From a virus (lineage: Duplodnaviria; Caudoviricetes), in the IMG/VR virus record IMGVR_UViG_3300016476_000282, positions 1-30,739 of that record: DNA of 30,739 nt; one strand, given 5' to 3'. The number at the start of each line of letters is the position of its first letter. Positions within the stretch are counted from its first letter, which is position 1. Shown piece by piece: positions 19,031 to 24,657 of the stretch. Both the position numbers and the translations under genes were made by a program. Under the pieces are notes generated by a model that worked only from the letters and a program-made list of their open reading frames with translations, was not told where the DNA came from and ran no database searches.

Positions 19031-19583
19031 TGATCAGTCTCGGTGTGATGTCGATGGTGCGCTTATCTGCCAGTCGTTCATGGGCTGCTGCCATCGCTGC
19101 GCCAATGTCCACGGTCAGGTTGTGGTCGATCTGTTTGGTTTCACCGAAGCGTTTGCGGTTCCACACGCCCAGCAACCACTTACGAGTGTTGATGCGCAGG
19201 GTAGATCGTGCGACATCTTCGAGAGAGTCGTCAGCATCTGCAATGGCCAGCATTTCACTGGCAATCATCTCCGCGCCGATCTCCTGTGCTTCGTAATAGC
19301 GGTTCTTGCGATTCTCGTCTTTATGCACCCAGCGAAGAAAGTGCTCGTACTCAGGCTGGCGAAAGTCCGACCGCAGCACCTCTTTCAACGGCACACCTTC
19401 AGCGATCTTCACCAGCACCCACTCGAACATGTTCTCGAAGGTCAGGTTGTCCATCTCACGGGCGACAGCGGTTCGACGAGTGTTCGAATGGGCGCTGGGC
19501 CAATCGTGACTCGGCTCTATGGGTTTTGTCTGGTCCTCTTGCTGAGTCAACCAGTCAGGCAGCGTTTGGGTATGGGTATCCAT
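19023..19583 (-). CDS. terS: Terminase small subunit (Sf6 gp1-like)
   Basis: Likely start MDTHTQ at 19583; IAEG..LKEV...FLRWV...Y.EAQ.IGAE...E...IAD...LRI.TRKW...WN.KRFG pattern; overlaps the terL start. Confidence 0.75.
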   Translation of the reverse strand: MDTHTQTLPDWLTQQEDQTKPIEPSHDWPSAHSNTRRTAVAREMDNLTFENMFEWVLVKIAEGVPLKEVLRSDFRQPEYEHFLRWVHKDENRKNRYYEAQEIGAEMIASEMLAIADADDSLEDVARSTLRINTRKWLLGVWNRKRFGETKQIDHNLTVDIGAAMAAAHERLADKRTIDITPRLINE

Positions 19584-19817
19584 TGAATCAATATATCCCA
19601 TTTTCAAAAATTTTTATATTTTTCCTCGGAACCCATTGGGTTATCAGTTTCCAAGTTTCTCGGGGTGCTTGGGGTACCTCCCCTGCCAAAGTCTCGCCGC
19701 CGCCGTGGGGCTCCCCCTCCCCCTCGCCGCCACCGGCACCCCGGCACCCCCAGATAACGGGGTCAGATCCCCACCGGGTCAGGATTCACGGTGCCCAGGT
19801 TGCCGAGATTCCCGGAA

Positions 19818-19983
19818 TCCAATGGGTCGAATTGCACCCAGTGGGCACGTGAACCCAATGGGATTTTGTGAATCCAATGGGTCAAATTGCGATCAATGCG
19901 TGATCATGCCCCAATGGGTTCAATTGCTCAATGGGTCGGTGCCAATGGGTCAAAATCGGTGCATTGGGTCGGTTCCAATGGGT
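19818..19983. repeat. Array of ten short (C)CAATGGGT-like repeats at 14-19 bp spacing
   Basis: Cores start at 19820, 19839 (CAGTGGG), 19856, 19875, 19894 (CAATGCG), 19912, 19929, 19943, 19962 (CATTGGG) and 19976; outlying copies at 19631, 20135, 20185 and 20435. Confidence 0.9.
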
Positions 19984-20174
19984 TTTTGGGCGGTTTTGTG
20001 ACAACGGTTCCTTCGCGTGCGACCCCCTTGTTTTTACGATTTTCAAATTAGCACAAACTTTTCAAGAATCCGAGAATCTATACCCCCCTGACCAGTCACT
20101 ATTGTCACAATCTTCCCTTCAATGGAAACTATAGACCCAATGGGCACAATTGGCACAATCAATCAAATTACCCC

Positions 20175-20202
20175 TTGACATCTAACCCAATGGGTATATA
20201 CT
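20175..20202 (+). promoter_or_regulatory. Sigma70-type early promoter with palindromic site in the spacer
   Basis: TTGACA (20175-20180), 16-bp spacer, TATACT (20197-20202); ACCCAATGGGT at 20185-20195; first ORF starts at 20246. Confidence 0.8.
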
Positions 20203-20245
20203 CGCGCATGTAGTAACTGTTATCAATCAACCCGGAGAACTGACC

Positions 20246-20431
20246 ATGACCAAATTCGAAACCAAGCAAGTCCAAACGATCCGCGCTCATCTCGCGCTCG
20301 GTAACATCGAATCCGCTGCACTCGGCCTGTCGTCCCTGATCCGCTGCGCACGCACCGCCAAAAGCGCCAACGAACTAACCGCAATTGCTCATGAACTCAA
20401 ATTGCGCAATCACCCTGAGTTCCGAATCTAA
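20246..20431 (+). CDS. Early hypothetical protein (61 aa)
   Basis: GGAG RBS in CGGAGAACTGACCATG; first ORF after the promoter. Confidence 0.8.
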   Translation: MTKFETKQVQTIRAHLALGNIESAALGLSSLIRCARTAKSANELTAIAHELKLRNHPEFRI

Positions 20432-20441
20432 TTAACCCAAT

Positions 20442-20463
20442 GGGGCTGATTGATTTCAGCCCC
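20442..20463 (+). terminator. Intergenic hairpin (weak terminator, attenuator or processing site)
   Basis: GGGGCTGA-ttgatt-TCAGCCCC, 8-bp stem, followed only by TTAA. Confidence 0.5.
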
Positions 20464-20483
20464 TTAACCGCGGAGAACTGACC

Positions 20484-20657
20484 ATGATTTACAAAACCGC
20501 AGCCGCAGCCCGTAACGCACTCAATAGCCAACCCTTTACCCCGGCCTGTCGCGCACGACATGAAATTGTGCCGGTCTATAAACGCAACTTACTCGGCGAA
20601 ATTGAATCCCCGCAGCCAATTGGTTACGGATACCGCTTGAAAGGGGCCGCAAAATGA
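20484..20657 (+). CDS. Early hypothetical protein (57 aa)
   Basis: Below the ORF track cut-off; MIYKTAAAARNALNSQPFTPACRARHEIVPVYKRNLLGEIESPQPIGYGYRLKGAAK; same 17-nt RBS/start as the 20246 gene; ATGA overlap with the next gene. Confidence 0.8.
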   Translation: MIYKTAAAARNALNSQPFTPACRARHEIVPVYKRNLLGEIESPQPIGYGYRLKGAAK

Positions 20658-21001
20658 CACGCCACTATCAAACGATTCACCGAGAACAATTCCAAGGATT
20701 CGACATCGTTGTCTACATTACCCCCGAGGATATTTCCCCGGCTGATTGTTTCGATCCCGAGATCGATAACATTCCCGAGCTTTGCGAAAAAATCAATGAT
20801 GGCCGGCTGGAATGGTTCGTTGCCAAAGTAACCGCAAGCCGGTGCGGCATTGAACTCGCTTGCGAATATCTCGGTGCAAACCTGTACGCGAATGCACTCG
20901 AATTCGTCAATGAACCGCTGGGATACTTTCAAGATATGCGCCACGAAGCCGTGAACCATGCACGCGCCATGATCAAGCAACTAGCCGAGGGCGTGCAATG
21001 A
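20654..21001 (+). CDS. Early acidic hypothetical protein (115 aa)
   Basis: AAGGGG RBS, ATGA coupling at both ends. Confidence 0.8.
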   Translation: MTRHYQTIHREQFQGFDIVVYITPEDISPADCFDPEIDNIPELCEKINDGRLEWFVAKVTASRCGIELACEYLGANLYANALEFVNEPLGYFQDMRHEAVNHARAMIKQLAEGVQ

Positions 21002-21087
21002 ACTTGATCGAAATAATCCTCGGCCTGTTTGGCTTTGCTGTCTTTTACGCCTTCCTTGTGATCGTTTTATCTTTCGGAGGTTACTGA
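20998..21087 (+). CDS. Small hydrophobic single-pass membrane peptide (29 aa)
   Basis: MNLIEIILGLFGFAVFYAFLVIVLSFGGY; GAGGG RBS, ATGA overlap, fills the gap to the next gene. Confidence 0.65.
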   Translation: MNLIEIILGLFGFAVFYAFLVIVLSFGGY

Positions 21088-21088
21088 A

Positions 21089-21406
21089 ATGCAATATTCA
21101 CTTGATCGTGCCATTCATGACGCTAAATTCCCGAATCGCTCGGGACAAACAGAGGTGTCTACTGTCAAACTGACCGACGAACAACAATCCGTAATCTTTG
21201 AAATTGTCGCAAAGGGCTGTCGATCAGCCACAAAAGCCGCAATTGGTCGCCGCTTAGAATTGCCCTTGTCACTCTGGCCTTCATTCGGCCTATTTAGTCG
21301 CTTGATCCTTTGGGACGACAATACAAACATCCCTTATTACATTACTGGACAGGATTTCAATGTCGAACGTAAATCATTGCGTGACTGTATCCTCGGGAAA
21401 GGTTAA
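21089..21406 (+). CDS. Early hypothetical protein (105 aa)
   Basis: GGAGG RBS; in operon order. Confidence 0.8.
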   Translation: MQYSLDRAIHDAKFPNRSGQTEVSTVKLTDEQQSVIFEIVAKGCRSATKAAIGRRLELPLSLWPSFGLFSRLILWDDNTNIPYYITGQDFNVERKSLRDCILGKG

Positions 21407-21410
21407 CCAA

Positions 21411-21623
21411 ATGACCCTATACACCGACCTAATAGACGCCGGGATCGAGGTGCGCAATTGGCAATCTGATCTTTATTTCCCGGTCACTCCGGAATCAAAA
21501 GAAATATTGTTTCGATACCCGAAACAATCTCGATCCGTTTTCAAAAGCAATGCAGACGGACAAATAATGTATGAATGCCCGTTTGCGTTTGATCCATATT
21601 GGCAAACAAGGGGGTTTAAATGA
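21411..21623 (+). CDS. Early hypothetical protein (70 aa)
   Basis: Likely start MTLYTDL at 21411 (AAAGG upstream); ATGA overlap with the next gene. Confidence 0.75.
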   Translation: MTLYTDLIDAGIEVRNWQSDLYFPVTPESKEILFRYPKQSRSVFKSNADGQIMYECPFAFDPYWQTRGFK

Positions 21624-22096
21624 TTACTGAAAACCTGAAAGCAATTAAGCGCTGGGAACGTCCGAACGACTATTTCGGCGCTGACTGGCCTAAATACTTC
21701 GTTTTTCTCGGCCAGCATCGGGATAGTGACAGCGCAACCCGGTCTAACTTTATCGTTGGGCTTGAGGCGCTCGGCGGTGAATCCGAAACCGTGATTGTTG
21801 TTCGCGAGCGCCACTGGGCCGTCGGCTGGGTCGAATGGATCGGTATTCATGAATCAGACGAGGCGCGGATCATTGAAGCGGACGAGATGTTATGCGCACT
21901 GTCTGATTATCCGGTGCTGTCGGACGATCATTTGAGCGAGCTTGAATGGAACGAAGCTTGTTTTCAGTGGGAATCGATGCCCGTTAAATACCGCGTCGAA
22001 TTGTGCCGGGACGCTGGCGTGAGCATATTCGCCGCGCGTCATGATTACATGCCGGAGGATGATACCGGCTTTATTTTTGAATCTTTAAGGGGCTGA
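21620..22096 (+). CDS. Early acidic, Trp-rich hypothetical protein (158 aa)
   Basis: AAGGGGG RBS; RDSD...SNF, HWAVGWVEWI and DYPVLSDD motifs. Confidence 0.8.
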   Translation: MITENLKAIKRWERPNDYFGADWPKYFVFLGQHRDSDSATRSNFIVGLEALGGESETVIVVRERHWAVGWVEWIGIHESDEARIIEADEMLCALSDYPVLSDDHLSELEWNEACFQWESMPVKYRVELCRDAGVSIFAARHDYMPEDDTGFIFESLRG

Positions 22097-22099
22097 ATC

Positions 22100-22291
22100 A
22101 TGACAATGACACTTCAGGAAAAAGAAAACCTCGCATATCTGGCCGGGGACACCGAAAAAGCCGAGATACTCGCAGACCTGATCCAATTGAATAAATTTTG
22201 TGAAGCTCAGGAAGCAAGGATCGAAGAACTCGAATGCGAATGCACCGCATTGCGTCGGGAGATTCAAGCATTATTAGATCGGCTGGAATAA
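22100..22291 (+). CDS. Small acidic coiled-coil hypothetical protein (63 aa)
   Basis: AAGGGG RBS; heptad-like C-terminal half. Confidence 0.75.
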   Translation: MTMTLQEKENLAYLAGDTEKAEILADLIQLNKFCEAQEARIEELECECTALRREIQALLDRLE

Positions 22292-22503
22292 TGTTTTTCC
22301 ATCCCGACATGACCGATGCCGAGATTCTGCGCACATGTGACGGTGTGCAATCCCGACATTTGCGGTTACTGGCCGATCGCCTCGGCCAGCGATCCCGGCA
22401 ATTGCAGGATGTTGCCCGGCTTTGCAGAGTTGCTCGGAAAACCTCGGACACTGTATTGCTTCAATCGACTCTGATTCAGATTGAATCAATTGCCACTGAC
22501 TAA
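22291..22503 (+). CDS. Hypothetical protein (70 aa)
   Basis: Likely start MFFHPD at 22291 overlapping the previous stop (TAATG); ends just before a terminator. Confidence 0.7.
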   Translation: MFFHPDMTDAEILRTCDGVQSRHLRLLADRLGQRSRQLQDVARLCRVARKTSDTVLLQSTLIQIESIATD

Positions 22504-22510
22504 CCCAAAC

Positions 22511-22536
22511 CCCCGGAGCAATCCGGGGATTCTTTT
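22511..22536 (+). terminator. Rho-independent terminator
   Basis: CCCCGGA-GCAA-TCCGGGG (GNRA loop) followed by ATTCTTTT. Confidence 0.75.
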
Positions 22537-22551
22537 CAGGATCAAAACCCA

Positions 22552-22818
22552 ATGACCAAACGCACCAAAAAGCCATCAGAGGCCACAAAACCCGAAGCTG
22601 CTACCCTAACCCCGGCTGACCTGAAGAAATGGCGTGAGCGCCTCGGATTAGGCGTGCAAGGCATGGCCGAGTACCTCGGAATCCCGGTTCATACACTGAC
22701 CAAATGGGAAAACGGCACCCGCGCACCCGACGCCGCACCGCGTCGATTGTTCGAGGTGCTCGGGCTGATCGAGGCCATGGCACCATCTATCCACGATGTG
22801 CTGTTGCCGCGTAAATAA
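22552..22818 (+). CDS. XRE/Cro-type helix-turn-helix protein
   Basis: LTPADLKKWRERLGLGVQGMAEYLGIPVHTLTKWENGTRAP is a typical HTH_XRE pattern. Confidence 0.85.
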   Translation: MTKRTKKPSEATKPEAATLTPADLKKWRERLGLGVQGMAEYLGIPVHTLTKWENGTRAPDAAPRRLFEVLGLIEAMAPSIHDVLLPRK

Positions 22819-22824
22819 TAAAAA

Positions 22825-22902
22825 TCCCCGTACCCTATTCGGATTTCCCAATGGAAATTTTAAGTCCGAAAAAAGTACGGGGAAAAGGGGGCCGGTACCC
22901 CC
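22825..22902. terminator. Nested inverted repeats between convergent operons (candidate bidirectional terminator)
   Basis: TCCCCGTAC(22825-33)/GTACGGGGA(22875-83), TTCGGA/TCCGAA, inner ATTTCC-caat-GGAAAT, then GGGGG-ccggta-CCCCC. Confidence 0.55.
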
Positions 22903-22930
22903 ACCTCACTGAAGGCGGGTAAATTTTAAA

Positions 22931-23353
22931 TCATTGGGGTGAATTTTTCTCCCGCAGCTTGGCTTCAATGCAGCGGCGCAAGTTCTGAAAGACGCTTCCG
23001 GTCTTGGCTGCGTCGTAGTCTGCTCGCTGCAGGAGCGTCGCATATTCCTCATCCGTCAGCCCTTGCCATTCGCGCTGTGGTGGGGCGGTGTAGAGTGGTG
23101 CTGAATCAGGCCAGCCGGGTGTATCGCTGAACGGATAGTCGCAAGTCCAGTCAATTTGTCCATCTTCATCAAGCACACCATACGCCACCAGCTCCGGTTC
23201 CTTTGCTGCTAGTGCTGCGCGGAGTGCTTCGATTCGCTCGTCATACCATTCCGTTCCTTCAGGATGCTTTATCTTCTCGCGGCTCATTACGAACACACGG
23301 CTAGATTCCAACGCATCCAGCGCCATCTGCGCGGCTTCTCTAAGTGTTGTCAT
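22931..23353 (-). CDS. Hypothetical modular phage protein
   Basis: Likely start MTTLREAAQMALDALE at 23353 (GGAGAGAACAATG); PLYTAPPQREWQGLTDEE and IEAKLREKN segments common in accessory phage proteins. Confidence 0.75.
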   Translation of the reverse strand: MTTLREAAQMALDALESSRVFVMSREKIKHPEGTEWYDERIEALRAALAAKEPELVAYGVLDEDGQIDWTCDYPFSDTPGWPDSAPLYTAPPQREWQGLTDEEYATLLQRADYDAAKTGSVFQNLRRCIEAKLREKNSPQ

Positions 23354-23639
23354 TGTTCTCTCCTGCGGGTTCATACGTCATCTCAAATATGTCAGGCTTA
23401 CATGGGTAGAATTCGCCTTTTACTCCTTTGATGACCCAATCAAATTCACTTGCTGTAATAAATCCTTCAAATGTTTTAATCTTCATAAAACGTTCAATTG
23501 GCGGCATCATTGTATCGTCACTGTCCCAGCACCATTCTTTGACGTAACCACTTTCACTTATCCAGTTATAAATTTCTTGAAAACTGTTGTCAGTTAACTG
23601 TTTTGCTTCAATCACTACTGGTTTTTTACGATATTTCAT
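23340..23639 (-). CDS. Conserved phage hypothetical protein
   Basis: MKYRKKPVVIEA...I.T.EG...AS..DW.IKGVKGEFYPCKPDIF..TYE, a widespread phage family of unknown function. Confidence 0.85.
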   Translation of the reverse strand: MKYRKKPVVIEAKQLTDNSFQEIYNWISESGYVKEWCWDSDDTMMPPIERFMKIKTFEGFITASEFDWVIKGVKGEFYPCKPDIFEMTYEPAGENNDNT

Positions 23640-23648
23640 TGTTCTCTC

Positions 23649-24071
23649 CTATCTAAACACAACAAGCGCAGACGGAAACGGAGCAGAATTTTTACTATCG
23701 CCAAACTTTAAGCGACCACGAATAAAGGTAACAATCCCATACTGTGCATAGTCATGCCACCATGCCGTATCAGTCCGTGCTGGGACAAGACAAACAACCA
23801 TTGTTCCGTTGCCAGCAGATTCTTTTGCTTTCTTCATCCATTTGCCTATTTCTCTGCCGTAAGGTGGATTCATCCAACATTTGCCTGTCCACGTTTGTTT
23901 TAATCCGTCCATTTGTTTGTCAAAATACTTAGCGCATTTTGTGTTATTTGCGTCGGCGCAAACATCAATATCAAACTTTCCGTATTGTTTTTCGCAAGCA
24001 TCGAAAAAGTCTTGTGGTGTTGCCCATTGGTCTGTATTGCTGGTAAGTAACCCTTTATTTATTTTTGTCAT
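23649..24071 (-). CDS. Phage DNA N6-adenine methyltransferase (phage Dam-like family)
   Basis: W.TPQ..F, F..DVCA (SAM-binding), WMNPPYG (catalytic), LVPARTDT.WW and FIRGRLKF motifs. Confidence 0.9.
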   Translation of the reverse strand: MTKINKGLLTSNTDQWATPQDFFDACEKQYGKFDIDVCADANNTKCAKYFDKQMDGLKQTWTGKCWMNPPYGREIGKWMKKAKESAGNGTMVVCLVPARTDTAWWHDYAQYGIVTFIRGRLKFGDSKNSAPFPSALVVFR

Positions 24072-24273
24072 TGTTCTCTCCGGTTGCTTTGTTCTTATGG
24101 CTGTTTATCTCCGTAGCTCCAGCTTTTGATGCAGGCCAGATAAGTTGATTTTGGTTAATGGTCAAGTCGTAGCCAAAACGCATCGCATTAACCAACGCTG
24201 GTGTCATCGCCGTGAACTGTTTCGGGTTAGGCTCGTCAGGGCAGATAGTGATTGTGTAAGGTAACTTAGCCAT
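24055..24273 (-). CDS. Hypothetical protein (72 aa)
   Basis: GGAGAGAACAATG start; overlaps the methyltransferase start. Confidence 0.75.
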   Translation of the reverse strand: MAKLPYTITICPDEPNPKQFTAMTPALVNAMRFGYDLTINQNQLIWPASKAGATEINSHKNKATGENNDKNK

Positions 24274-24508
24274 TGTTCTCTCCGGTTGCCTTATGTAGTG
24301 CTTTACGCGCTACCTTATAGTGAATCCTGCTATCTTCCGGCAGGTCTATGATCTGCTGTAACGCTTCCACCAACTCCGCATTGACCTCATGCAATCGGCG
24401 TAACTCTACTGCGGCTTGCCCTTGCACGTCTTGCCACCACATTGAACCCGAATGATCTCTTTCAATCTCATCAGCCAGCCTCAATGCTTCTGGTTGTTTG
24501 TCAGTCAT
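24266..24508 (-). CDS. Hypothetical protein (80 aa)
   Basis: QPEALRLAD...AA.ELRRLH..NAELVEAL...A..AL.KATGE, a common accessory phage module; AAGGGG RBS. Confidence 0.8.
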   Translation of the reverse strand: MTDKQPEALRLADEIERDHSGSMWWQDVQGQAAVELRRLHEVNAELVEALQQIIDLPEDSRIHYKVARKALHKATGENNG

Positions 24509-24654
24509 TTCATCCCCTTTCCGATTTCTGCTGCTGCCCTTACGATGGCTCGGCGTGTTGCTGCGTATCCGTCATCCCAGAACTTTTCCGCTTCTTCTTT
24601 GTAAGCAAACTTACGCAACAGCACACCTGTTTCATCGTAAACCCAAAATCTCAT
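24505..24654 (-). CDS. Small hypothetical protein (49 aa)
   Basis: Below the ORF track cut-off; MRFWVYDETGVLLRKFAYKEEAEKFWDDGYAATRRAIVRAAAEIGKGMK; GAGGGG RBS; ATGA overlap with the next gene. Confidence 0.7.
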   Translation of the reverse strand: MRFWVYDETGVLLRKFAYKEEAEKFWDDGYAATRRAIVRAAAEIGKGMK

Positions 24655-24657
24655 TAT

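Noticed and set aside
19818-19983. Repeat array as a CRISPR or mini-CRISPR
   Set aside because: Repeats are ~8-10 bp and degenerate with ~5-11 bp linkers; the Cas4-like DUF2800 gene is a standard replication-module gene here.
19636-20134. ORFs of 121 and 67 aa over the repeat region
   Set aside because: Repeated PMG/QWV peptides merely reflect the DNA motif; no RBS; the region looks regulatory.
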